From Octopus bimaculoides (Eukaryota): a stretch of 52,095 nt of DNA. A program made the position numbers and the translations under genes. The notes beneath the pieces were generated by a model, which had not been told where the DNA came from, searched no databases, and was given only the letters and a program-made list of their open reading frames with translations. This document shows, one piece after another, positions 12,047 to 23,759 of this stretch; position 1 is the stretch's first letter, and each line of letters opens with the position of its first letter. The stretch covers positions 60,926,762 through 60,978,856 of the forward strand of contig NC_068988.1 in assembly GCF_001194135.2 (NCBI RefSeq). Reading direction: 5' to 3'.

Positions 12047-12982
12047 AGATAGTGGCATAATAAGTTGAAACGTCAAATTGTATAAAACGAATATTTTGCT
12101 TACTCGGGAGGCAATGGAACCATGTTGTTACATCCCCGACTGAATTCCATGTATAAAAGGATCAAACATTATCCTTCGCATATTTAATTCCACTGTTTTA
12201 AGTAAGTTTTCCGGCGCTATTCATTCCTGCAACCATAGATACTATTCAACTTTCATGAGACGGTTTAAATTGGAACCCACTTAGCAATATTTTCTGTTGC
12301 ACAACAATATACCGCCAATACAAATATAAATTTTAAGGAAGTCAGTAAATAATCTAATTTTTCTCCCATCAGACCTCATAAAAACTTTCGTATTTTACAT
12401 AGCTTTATCTGCTCTTCTATAAAGCATCAAATGATCTCATACCTGGTAACGGCTAAATGCATATCTAGCGTAAACACTATTTTTCCCTGACGATGGGGGC
12501 ACTCTACGGAAATGAATCTTAGGATTCATATGTAATCTGGACGAATGTACTCTTGAAACGATAGCTGGAACACCTTTAAATAAACTGATAGATGGAAACA
12601 GGAAACCACAGCTATATCTTTTACTGTGACAAAACCACGAATCTTCATATTTTGACATTGACGTCCATGATCGTCGAAATTTACACGATGAAGATGGAAA
12701 GAGGGATAAAGAATGAGAGAGAGAGAGAGGGAGAGAGAGAAAGCGAGAATGTAGAAATGGGAGAAGTAGAGAGAAACACAGGGAGAGAGAGAGATTGGGA
12801 GAGAGAGAGATTGGGAGAGAGAGAAAACGGGCGAGAGGAGGAGAGTGTGTTTGGTGCAATGCAGAGGTTTTAATGAGCTGTTACATGAGATTGTATGGTG
12901 TAAGACTGAGTCCTTGATTCAGTTAAGGAACGATAATTAGAGTTTAATAATTAGTGCTTGTAAGGTTCTAATTATTAAATTA

Positions 12983-13195
12983 GAGCTGAGAGAAATCGCA
13001 AGCACGCCGGCTAAAATGCTTAACGGCATCTCGTCCTTTTTAACGTTCTGAGTTCAAATACCTCCGAGGTCGATTGTGCCTCTTAATTCTTTCGGGGTTG
13101 ATAAAATAAGTACTCGATAAGCGATGGGAGTCGATTACATCGACTTCCCCCCTTCTTTGAAGTTGCTTGCTTTGTGCCAAAATTAGAAACTAATA
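12983..13195 (+). mobile_element. SINE family B
   Basis: AGCACGCCGGCTAAAATGCTTAACGG...CTGAGTTCAAAT...GAGGTCGA...TTCGGGGTTGATAAAATAAGTAC. Confidence 0.85.
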
Positions 13196-13867
13196 TCTGG
13201 AGTAGCTCTCTGCGTCGCAGAATATACGATCGCAGCATAGCTAATTCATAATTCCATATCTAGGATTACAGTCGAATAGATTTTATTATGTTAATTAAGG
13301 AAGAGATTTGGGCAAAATCTAAGACAATTTAGTTTGACCTATGTCTATGAAGATTAATAAACTTCAGTCTCCATATCGAATATTGTTAATATATGCAGGA
13401 AAAAAAGAAGTGGAGTGGATGTGAATCTAGTATAAATGAAATAGAATGATATATGTTAAGGGAACTGAATAATTAGGGGTTGTTTTTCGCGTTCTGTGTT
13501 GTGTATCTCATGACAAGCATTGATTGAAAAGATGTTTCTATAATTGCAACATGTCTGTATTCAAGAAAGATGCATCCAAGGTTACATTAGCCAACGTATA
13601 TTTTGACTTTTCATATCATAGCGATACAGTATGAAGCTGCTAGATTCGAACTTTGAGAGCGAAGGACAAGGTTAATCGTCTAGAGTTCTAATAACCAGGA
13701 ACTGGTCTTAAGTCCGATTGTCACTTTAAACTACTAGTCCTAAAACTAACTGGATATATGTTAATATTGGTAACTGAACATACAGCTAAACATTTGCCTG
13801 CTCAGCTATCTGTCTGATGTCTATTCATGTTTCATTATTTAGATAAGTAACTCCCGCTTTAACTCAC

Positions 13868-13948
<81 letters not shown>
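13868..13948. repeat. (TATC)n microsatellite running into a gap
   Basis: Directly visible. Confidence 0.95.
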
Positions 13949-14249
13949 NNNNNNNNNNNNNNNNNNNNNNNNNNNNNNNNNNNNNNNNNNNNNNNNNNNN
14001 NNNNNNNNNNNNNNNNNNNNNNNNNNNNNNNNNNNNNNNNNNNNNNNNNNNNNNNNNNNNNNNNNNNNNNNNNNNNNNNNNNNNNNNNNNNNNNNNNNNN
14101 NNNNNNNNNNNNNNNNNNNNNNNNNNNNNNNNNNNNNNNNNNNNNNNNNNNNNNNNNNNNNNNNNNNNNNNNNNNNNNNNNNNNNNNNNNNNNNNNNNNN
14201 NNNNNNNNNNNNNNNNNNNNNNNNNNNNNNNNNNNNNNNNNNNNNNNNN

Positions 14250-14288
<39 letters not shown>

Positions 14289-14718
14289 GTAATTCTATAT
14301 GCTGGTGTGCATGTGTGAAATAGAGTTAGAAGGGAGAAAGAAAATTGGCAATATGAAAACGCATAGAAGACATTGGATTGCTCACCAGGCAAAAATATTA
14401 CAAATACCAATGAAAAACATATACAATAAATGATATTTATAAATTATATTGAAGAATAACGAGGCTACATTAGAAAACGGAGAAACAGCAAGATGAAGTT
14501 AATATAGAGGTTGCGGATCCATATTGCTGTATAAATAATTTGGTGGACTGGTGAATAACGGTAATGGTTCATTGGCATATATGGGGGGAAAAGTAATTTC
14601 TATTAGTTTATTCATGAGTAGTTTTACGGAATGATGAACCTTGATATACAGAATCTATATGAAACGTATGTGTGTGACATGTTTGATTTTACTGAAAAAT
14701 GAGAAGTTGCACGTCATG

Positions 14719-14759
<41 letters not shown>

Positions 14760-15120
14760 GATAGATATATGCATGTTTTAGCGTATAGCTTTTTCTTTAT
14801 ATATACATGTACATAAATATGCATACACAAAAAGAGAAGGAGAGAAGCGAAGAAATAAACGGCGAGTAGGACAAACTGTGGATGTTTAATTGGATTGGCA
14901 CAAACATATTAAGTGCAAAATTCGTAGATGCATATATTCGCATATGTGCGCGCGTGTTTGTCTTGTATGTTCGCACATGAACGCATGGGCGTATGGGCGT
15001 ATGTCTACAAGCGTACGCATGTACGCATGCATACACGTATCCATACACGAGCGCGCGCGCACACACACACGCATACACACACTCACACACACACACAGAG
15101 ACGCACAAACACACATTGAC

Positions 15121-15290
15121 ATATATCTATATACAAGCGTGAATTTATCGAGAGGCATAATATAAAAATATATCCAAATGTACAAACACACACAAACACG
15201 CATTAACATATTTCTATATATAAGCGTGAATATATCGAAAAGCATAAATATAAAAATATATTCAAATGTACATACACACAAACACACACC
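15121..15290 (+). repeat. diverged two-copy tandem repeat, period ~87 bp
   Basis: AAGCGTGAA occurs at 15135 and 15222, each followed by ...GCATAA(A)TATAAAAATATAT(C/T)CAAATGTACA. Confidence 0.8.
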
Positions 15291-15366
15291 TATATATATA
15301 GTGACAGAAACAGTATTAATACCAAACGGAAAGTGGTAAACATTTTCCGTTATGTATAACCGTATG

Positions 15367-15408
<42 letters not shown>

Positions 15409-15527
15409 ACACACACACATTTATATATAGACTCACATAAATACACACACTCACAAACACATACACACAGATATANNNNNNNNNNNNNNNNNNNNNNNNN
15501 NNNNNNNNNNNNNNNNNNNNNNNNNNN

Positions 15528-15568
<41 letters not shown>

Positions 15569-16225
15569 AATACATACATATATATTATATGTGAATGTCA
15601 TATATATTTGAACATAAATAGTTAGAAACTTCGAGAACGTGAAATATTTGTTTTTTTTAGAAAAGAGTACCACGAAGTAGATATTGCAATAAATAACGGC
15701 ATAAAAATATTAGCATCAAAAACAAAAAAACAAAACAAAACGAAACAAACACAAGCAACACTTAGAAATCGTCGCAAATTATCCCATGTGTAAATATTAG
15801 ATTTTTCCACCTTTTTATTGCTCTACCTGCTTCAAGATTCACCGTTCTAAATAAAAGAATATATACCATTCATTGCCGCTGTAGTCGTGCGCACTGTCTG
15901 CAGGTATCTGCTATTATAGACCTCCATGCTGAAGTCTAAAGATTCATTACCTTTGTTGGGAAAATAGTGCAGTAGATTCCCGAGGCCTGCTACTGGTTCG
16001 TTTGCTGTTTGTTCTTCGTGTTAGAATGCAACGCGGTATTCGGTTTTCTAATACAAGATTCATGTTACGTTGAGGTCGATATTGTCTTCTGGTATTCATT
16101 CTGTTTCTGTCGCTATTAATTATTTTGTAATAAGCCCACTGGATATTTGCAACACCAATGCTTGAACAGGCGCTGGTAATATATATATATATAATCAAAA
16201 TAAGCAACAGGATATCAAGAAGTGA

Positions 16226-16311
16226 TGCAGTACGACCGTTTCAAGCGGGTCCATTTAATTGAACAATGCAATCATTACATCGATTTAAATGTAAGCTTGT
16301 CATCAGCTGCA
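16226..16311 (-). ncRNA. type I hammerhead ribozyme motif with intact core
   Basis: Minus strand: TGCAG-CTGATGA-C-AAGC-[long hairpin]-GCTT-GAAA-CG-GT-CG-TA|CTGCA. Stem I is TGCAG/CTGCA, stem II AAGC/GCTT, stem III ACG/CGT. The GUA triplet predicts cleavage between 16231 and 16230. Confidence 0.8.
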
Positions 16312-16587
16312 CAACTAAATGGAATTTTAATCGGTTGGACACATTAATAAAATTATTCTCAAATATTTTAACAAAACAAGAAGATGGAAGAAATCCATGT
16401 TGTCGCCATTGTAGCTAAGAATAGACTACACTTCCAAGTGTAAAGGATTTACAAGCTATGACTCCAGTGTAGTCTATTCTTAGCTACAATGGCGACAACA
16501 TGGATTTCTTCCATCTTCTTGCTCTGTTAAAGTATTTAAGAAAAAAATATATTAATGTGTCCAACTGATTAAAATTCTATTTATCTA

Positions 16588-16673
16588 TGCATTTGATGAT
16601 AGGTCTGCATTTAAATTGATGTAATGATTGCATTGTTCAATTAAATGGAGCCACTTGAAACGGTCGTACTGTA
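16588..16673 (+). ncRNA. hammerhead ribozyme motif, mutated copy
   Basis: TGCAT-TTGATGA-T-AGGT...ACTT-GAAA-CGGTCGTA|CTGTA. Has a C3U core change and a mismatch at the base of stem I. Confidence 0.65.
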
Positions 16674-18172
16674 TCACTTCTTCATATCCTGTTCCTTAAT
16701 TTGATGTTATTCACCTTACTTCGAGCTGTGCGGATAATACCAGACTCACCCCGTGCTTCAAGTTAAGTACCTAATTCAACTGAATCTCAATTATTTAAAT
16801 ACATATACATATGTATATATATTCATATATATATATATATANNNNNNNNNNNNNNNNNNNNNNNNNNNNNNNNNNNNNNNNNNNNNNNNNNNNNNNNNNN
16901 NNNNNNNNNNNNNNNNNNNNNNNNNNNNNNNNNNNNNNNNNNNNNNNNNNNNNNNNNNNNNNNNNNNNNNNNNNNNNNNNNNNNNNNNNNNNNNATATCG
17001 CTTCTAGACGTCTGTCACCGAGTAACGCAAAACAGTGAAATCACGTGATCTAGCAATTTCAGCGGCCGTTGCGGATGGTTTTTGTGTGTCAACGGTATAA
17101 ACGAGAGTGCTTTTATGTATCACGAGTCCATATGAGAGACCCTCTCCGGAGAAATAACGCAGTACTCGGGTGTTCTAACACAACGTCGAAGTTAAGTTGA
17201 ATAGAAAGATTACCTTTAGTTATGAATACTGCTTCTGTCTCTATTCGTTATATATGAAGCGATTTTAAATGGAACAAAAAAAAAAAAGAAAAATAAACAC
17301 AAAACACACCCACATACACACCAACACACACATACATTAGGTGCTGAAGAAAAAGCAATAATTCCTGAAATATGCATATACACCATTACCTAGTTTTCCA
17401 CCTTCGATTGCTACGGTACATTAGATGTATTCGGATACAAACGTTATAAATATGTAGAGATAACATTAAGATGTATATATTCAATGTCTATATGAATTTA
17501 ATAGCATATATATATATGGCATCAACAGGCAAAGATCGACTAGATTTAGCAGTGACATTGCTGGATCCGGATTTACAAAATCTACGGTGGTGCTCCGGTA
17601 TGACCGCCGCTGCATGGCTGAAACGAATAAAAAAATAGAAACAAACAGCCACTTTGAAGACTAGAGCCTCATATCTTGTCATTACAATATAGGCATGCCA
17701 CACCGTAGAACATACTTTCTGTTTCTCTCTCTGTTAAATCATCGATACATGATTGGAAAGAAATGGATTTCTTGTATGTTTTACATTCACAGCAGGCACA
17801 ACGGTTGCAGTATAATTTATCACTAACGTAGCTCTGGGCATAATAATATCTGCTTTTTTTTTTCCCGTCTATTAATGTGTAACATACAATGACGATATTC
17901 CATCTTGATTCGAAATAACACCGAGAAGTTCCTAAGAGAATATAAATTAATTATGCACTAAGGGGCTATCTGATTATTATGTACATTATTAAATATTGCA
18001 TGTCCTTTTGTGAACGTAAACTGCGCAGTCGCAGAAACCCACACATGCATATAAATATAGGCATGAATATGCATACACATATATATTTCTATTTCTATTT
18101 CTATACATGCATATATATATGTATATATATGTGTGTGTATGTATATACGTGTTTGTATATGTATATGTATGG

Positions 18173-18216
<44 letters not shown>

Positions 18217-18293
18217 NNNNNNNNNNNNNNNNNNNNNNNNNNNNNNNNNNNNNNNNNNNAAAAAAGGGATAAAACTCTTTTACAAAAATTTTT

Positions 18294-18329
<36 letters not shown>

Positions 18330-19349
18330 CACACATGCGCGCACACACATATATATGTATATGTATGTATATATTAATGTATATATTGTTTTCAAATGCT
18401 TAAGTTAGAGGGTTGTGGCTATGAATTTACTGAAATTCAAATTTAATTTGTGAATTAATGATTCTGTGTAAATTATACCCCTTCGTAAAAATTAATCATT
18501 CACTAACGATATTAATTATAATTGGTTAAAATTATGGTTATTAATTAGTACACACATAAACATACATCCATTTCTCTCTCTTTCTTGCTCCCTCTCTCAG
18601 TGTGTCTCTCTCTCTCTCTCACACACACTATTTATATATATATATGTTTATGTATGTGTGTGATTGGATGTGTGCGTGTACGTGTGTGTGTGTGAGTATG
18701 TATGTATTAAATATGTTATACTTCCTTAATGGTAGTTGCTGTTTGGCTGACTGGTTAAAACGTTCGGTTCACAGTCTCCCGTATTCATCCCAATTTGTGG
18801 ATGCTGCCCAGATATTCGCTGCTAATGAAATTTTCTATGTTTTTTTTTTATTATTTTCCCCAGTTTCATTTAGTACTCTTCAACAAAAATAGTACTTCAT
18901 TACTACCAACTAGTTACTATTCTTTCTCAACTTGCATTTTATTAGTATCTGATTGTTTGATATACTCAACCAAATTCGTTTAAAACGGCTTTATTTATAA
19001 TTGTCTGGATTTTTAAATCCCTCTTTTTCTTAATGTGTGTGTGTATCATAATTTAGCCTGGTTTTCAGTCAGGAGTTTACCATATTAAGCTCACTCACGG
19101 ATGCAGGCTATCAGACACATTCGGAAATAATTTTATCTTACAATTGTATACAAAAATACAGTTTTTTCTTTATTAGATCAGTTTACAATTGTTTCATCTG
19201 AATTCGATCTCATGCATGCACATACATGCGTACACATCTACACACAATCGCATATCACAATATCCCTTTATGAACCGGATTATTGGATGTTGTTCTACAA
19301 CGCTAGCCACAATGCACTTCGCATTATTTTAACTTTCGAATGCGGTGGC

Positions 19350-19562
19350 CCCGCTAGTTAGGCATCCATGCCAATATTCACACTGAACGGAGCGCTAGTC
19401 TGTCTCAGTGTTACCCATTTACCACCTTGTGATCTAGAGTAACATGAAATGAATTTCTTTTTTTGTTTTTGTTTTGCTCGATAGCTCAACGCTGAGCCAG
19501 TCTGGAAATAGAAACCACGTTTTCGCGATGGTGAGTAGAACACCTTAACCACTTGGCCACAC
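19350..19562 (-). mobile_element. SINE related to family C, with a different tail
   Basis: Plus strand GAAATAGAAACCACG...CACCTTAACCACTTGGCCAC is a reverse-complement tRNA-like head; CTAGAGTAACATGAAAT is the central block. Confidence 0.55.
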
Positions 19563-19574
19563 CCAATGGGTCTC

Positions 19575-19716
19575 CACACAATTTTCGTCCACCAAATATA
19601 GGTTGGAACCGGGCAATAGCTGAAGACACCAGCCTATATTCCTGCACAGTGGGACTGAATCCGAAACTACATGGTTACAAATTGAGTTTCTTAAATACAC
19701 AGCCATGACAACACCT
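19575..19716 (-). mobile_element. SINE family A head
   Basis: CACAGTGGGACTGAATCCGAAACTACATGGTT...TACACAGCCATG. Confidence 0.7.
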
Positions 19717-20894
19717 ATAGAAAAATCTTATTTGGTATTAAAGAAAAAAACATTTATCCAACATATTCTCCGCTCTGGAAATATTTACTCATAGAGAGTC
19801 CCAATATAAAGGCGCATTATTGAGAATCTGTTACAGATATGAAGCAGCAACAAGATAAGAAACAAAATTGGATGAATTTTTTTTTCATTTTACTGTTTTC
19901 GTACACGTATTTCCAGGACTTGCTATTAGTATTTTTTCAATATCTTTTACCGTTTTCCCTCCGATTCTTTTTCATTGTGACAGATATATATTTATGAAAA
20001 CATAACTTTTCTCCGTGGTAGAATTTTCTAAAATTAAATATATCATTCTCATAGTGGTAAATTTATGCATGAAGTACTCAGAATCACAACACGATATATT
20101 TTTTCTCGTCTTCTTAGTATTCAATATTGTGAGTATATTATATCTAGTTATATATGACACCAGAGATATTCCAATTAATCTTTCTTGCTTTGCCAAATTT
20201 TCTATGGAATCGCCAATGCAATGTTATGCCTTTCAATATAATGATTCTCCAACAGTATTTCACATACAGACAACTTTCCGCTTTTTTTCCCTTACATCTT
20301 CTGTACAATGATCATACTATTCACATCACTCTAAATTTTTACCACGTTTTGGTTTCTAACATTCCATGCTACATGTTAACGACGAAACATCATTCCTGGG
20401 CATCTAAGTTAAAACTAAAGCATCCAGAATTTTTTTAAAAAATCTAACCTGTCAAACAGTTCACCCTGCAAAATATTTATCTTCATACTTCTTAATCGTT
20501 ATTTCCTCAGAGGTCTTTTAAATATATTTTTTTAAAAAAGATTTACCGTATTTCTTTACACATAGGCATTCATCATCTCGTCACACATCTCTGTTTTTCC
20601 CATCATCAAATTTTACTTGTTTGGCACAGAGCATTGAATATTACCGTCTTTCTTTATAAGAACATTTTTCTCTTAAGATTTCGATCTCGTATGCGGCTTT
20701 TAACCTTTCAAATATTTTTATTGATTCATATATAAATCTTCCACACCGATCGTTGCTTCCGGATATATATATNNNNNNNNNNTGTAGAAACCAAAACAGA
20801 ACGTTTCTGGATTAACAGCTTCAGATGGTTTAACGGTTTCACACACATGCGCACACGTACACAAATATATATACGCGCGCAAGTGTGTGTGCAT

Positions 20895-20979
<85 letters not shown>

Positions 20980-21325
20980 CTATGTTCTCAATACTTTAAT
21001 TTGCAGCTTTGTATGTCAGTAATATCATTTCAACTGTTATCTTTAGCAAGCAAAAACGATATTTACAATTTATTCTTCTCAAGGAGCTCATGTTTGTTCC
21101 CTCCATTACTACACAACGGTTTATAGCTTTAACTAACCTTCTTGTCTCATCTGGGACTCTTATAATTGTATTTACTTGTTATATCATTTCACCTTTGTTC
21201 ACAGATACAGCTTTCAAGACTTAGTTATTTCCAGGTTCAGTTTTGTTATTGACACAATTTTTCTTTTGTAATGAAACTAATCTATTTAATATTGTTTGGT
21301 TGTTATCAATATTCATTTATCGTTT

Positions 21326-21545
21326 AAGGCGGCGAGCTGGCAGAATCGTTAGCACGCCGGGCGAAATGCTTAGCAGTATTCCGCCTGTCTTTACGTTTTG
21401 AGTTCAAATTCCACCGAGGTCGACTTTGCTTTTCATCCTTTCGGAGTCGAAAAATAAAGTACCAGTTGCATACTGTGATCTATCTAATCGACTGGCCCCT
21501 TCCCACAAAATTCCGGGCCTTGTGTCTAGCGTACAAAAGGATATT
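21326..21545 (+). mobile_element. SINE family B, well-preserved copy
   Basis: AAGGCGGCGAGCTGGCAGAATCGTTAGCACGCCGGGCGAAATGCTTAG...GAGTTCAAATTCC (B-box)...GGTCGACTTTGCTTTTCATCCTTTCGGAGTCGAAAAATAAAGTACCAG. Confidence 0.9.
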
Positions 21546-22154
21546 CATTCCAGTTTGTTTCCATTATTCTGTATTCTTTCCCGCCTAGATATTGTATTTC
21601 TCTCTCTCNNNNNNNNNNNNNNNNNNNNNNNNNNNNNNNNNNNNNNNNNNNNNNNNNNNNNNNNNNNNNNNNNNNNNNNNNNNNNNNNNNNNNNNNNNNN
21701 NNNNNNNNNNNNNNNNNNNNNNNNNNNNNNNNNNNNNNNNNNNNNNNNNNNNNNNNNNNNNNNNNNNNNNNNNNNNNNNNNNNNNNNNNNNNNNNNNNNN
21801 NNNNNNNNNNNNNNNNNNNNNNNNNNNNNNNNNNNNNNNNNNNNNNNNNNNNNNNNNNNNNNNNNNNNNNNNNNNNNNNNNNNNNNNNNNNNNNNNNNNN
21901 NNNNNNNNNNNNNNNNNNNNNNNNNNNNNNNNNNNNNNNNNNNNNNNNNNNNNNNNNNNNNNNNNNNNNNNNNNNNNNNNNNNNNNNNNNNNNNNNNNNN
22001 NNNNNNNNNNNNNNNNNNNNNNNNNNNNNNNNNNNNNNNNNNNNNNNNNNNNNNNNNNNNNNNNNNNNNNNNNNNNNNNNNNNNNNNNNNNNNNNNNNNN
22101 NNNNNNNNNNNNNNNNNNNNNNNNNNNNNNNNNNNNNNNNNNNNNNNNNNNNNN

Positions 22155-22359
22155 GTACTCTTTCACCACAACTTTCTTTCACTCTTTCTTCCTATTTCTG
22201 TTGTACCTGACACTCTGTGTCACGCTGAATCTCCCCGAGAAATACGAGAAGGGTACACGTGTCTATGGTGTGCTCAGTCTCTTGCACGTTAATTTCACGA
22301 GCAGGCTGTCCGTTGATCGGATCAACTGGAACCCTCGTCGTCGTATCGACGGAGTGCCA
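22155..22359 (+). mobile_element. SINE family D body and 3' end (head presumably in gap)
   Basis: GC-richer island GTACTCTTTCACCAC...GGAACCCTCGTCGTCGTATCGACGGAGTGCCA. Recalled as a common octopus interspersed repeat; single copy in this window. Confidence 0.55.
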
Positions 22360-22364
22360 CTTCC

Positions 22365-22510
22365 AGGTAATTTCCTTCTACCAAATTTAGTCAGAAGAGA
22401 TTGGTCAGCTCGCGGCATCAATACAGAGCCCTTGTTCAAGGTGACACACGAAGAGACTGAACCCAAGGCCACGTGCTTCCACTCCTTCACGATATAGCCA
22501 TGCTTGCGCC
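22365..22510 (-). mobile_element. SINE family A head, tail-to-tail with family D
   Basis: Reverse complement GGCGCAAGCATGGCTATATCG...GGGTTCAGTCTC...GCTGACCAATCTCTTCTGACTAAATTTGGTAGAAGGAAA. Confidence 0.65.
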
Positions 22511-22634
22511 TTGTAAGTCCAGAGGTTTTGGTAATTTCCAATTATCTTCCATGTCCTACCAAAACGCCTTATATACGTATTGTTTCTGTGTTTAGTCCCC
22601 ACATTCGCATTAAACTTTTGAGATCTATTTAAAT

Positions 22635-22976
22635 CAGCGCTTCCCAACCATTTTTATTTATGGAGCCTTTGATCCTTTGACTAGTATTTTATTCTGGTAA
22701 GCCCCTAAAGATATTCAATGACTAAAAACGAAGTTTTATAGACGCTTCTTTCCAATACCTTGTTTTTCATGCATGTACTTGTGTAGGTTAAACTATGTGA
22801 AATCGTAGATAAAGAAACTTAGTTCTTTCTTTCAATAAATACATCAAAAGGAAAAAATTGTCATGTATACTTACAATATTACTATGGATATCCAGTTTGC
22901 TATTCCGCTTGAGTGGATCCTCTGAAATTGTATATGGACCCCCGGGGTTCATATGGACGCTGGATAAGAACCATTG
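22635..22976. mobile_element. hAT (Charlie/Buster-like) MITE, 342 bp
   Basis: TIRs CAGCGCTTCCCAACC and GGATAAGAACCATTG. The 8-bp flanks ATTTAAAT (22627-22634) and CTTTAAAT (22977-22984) match at 7/8, with a central TA. Confidence 0.75.
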
Positions 22977-23050
22977 CTTTAAATAAAATAGGTTTTCCAT
23001 TAGTTACGGAAATATATTTTCGTTGATTGGAACTGATACATATACTAATT

Positions 23051-23252
23051 TCAAATTTCGGCACAAGTCCAATAAATTCAGGGGGAAAGGTTAGTCGATT
23101 ACAGCGACACCCAGTGCCCTCAACTGATACTTATTTTATCGACCCTGAATGGCTGAAAGAGAAGGTCGACCACGGCGGAATTTGAACTCAGAATGTGAAG
23201 ATGGACGAAATGCCGTTAAGCACTTTGCTTGGCGCGCTAATGCTTCTGCCAT
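23051..23252 (-). mobile_element. SINE family B
   Basis: AACTGATACTTATTTTATCGACCC...GGTCGACCACGGCGGAATTTGAACTCAGAA. Confidence 0.85.
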
Positions 23253-23284
23253 GTAACCACCTATGAATTGCTACATAAATAGGC

Positions 23285-23505
23285 TTCAAATTTTGCCACC
23301 AGGCTAACAATTTTAGGCAAGAAATTAAATCAACTACATTGATCCCAGTGTTCAACTGGTACATATTTTATCAACTCAGGAATGATAAAAGGCAAAGTCG
23401 ACATCGTTGGAATTTGAACTCAGAACGTCAGACCATAAATTCGGACGAAATGCTTCTAAGCATTTTGTCCGACACGGTGACGATCCTACCAGATCGCTGC
23501 CTTAG
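23285..23505 (-). mobile_element. SINE family B, tandem neighbour
   Basis: AACTGGTACATATTTTATC...AAAGGCAAAGTCGACATCGTTGGAATTTGAACTCAGAACG. Confidence 0.85.
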
Positions 23506-23759
23506 AGCTGATACATATTAGAAAAAATCGTGGTTTTTCACAATAACATCTCTGTCCGTCTTCAATTCATTTTTCTTTATTAATCGAATTGCATGACTTG
23601 TTCACTTAGTAGTAATCATCTAAAATATTTTGAGATGTGCATTTATAATATCTTCCCCACTTTCGTCGCTTATTTCATAATGCTCTTATAGTTTTTACAG
23701 TTTGAACACGTCTGGGCGACACAATGCAATATGACTGATTGTTACTTTTCTTCTCATAT

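Larger units (their letters stand above)
16194..16705. mobile_element. fold-back element, ~240-bp inverted arms with a 33-bp spacer; Penelope-like/retrozyme-like
   Basis: Arms 16194-16432 and 16466-16705 are reverse complements, and the inner 56 bp are perfect. Each arm carries a hammerhead motif. The left end abuts (TA)n. Confidence 0.8.

Noticed and set aside
12487-12523. CTGACGA...GAAA hammerhead-like spacing
   Set aside because: Stem II is weak, and no cleavage triplet satisfies both stem I and stem III.
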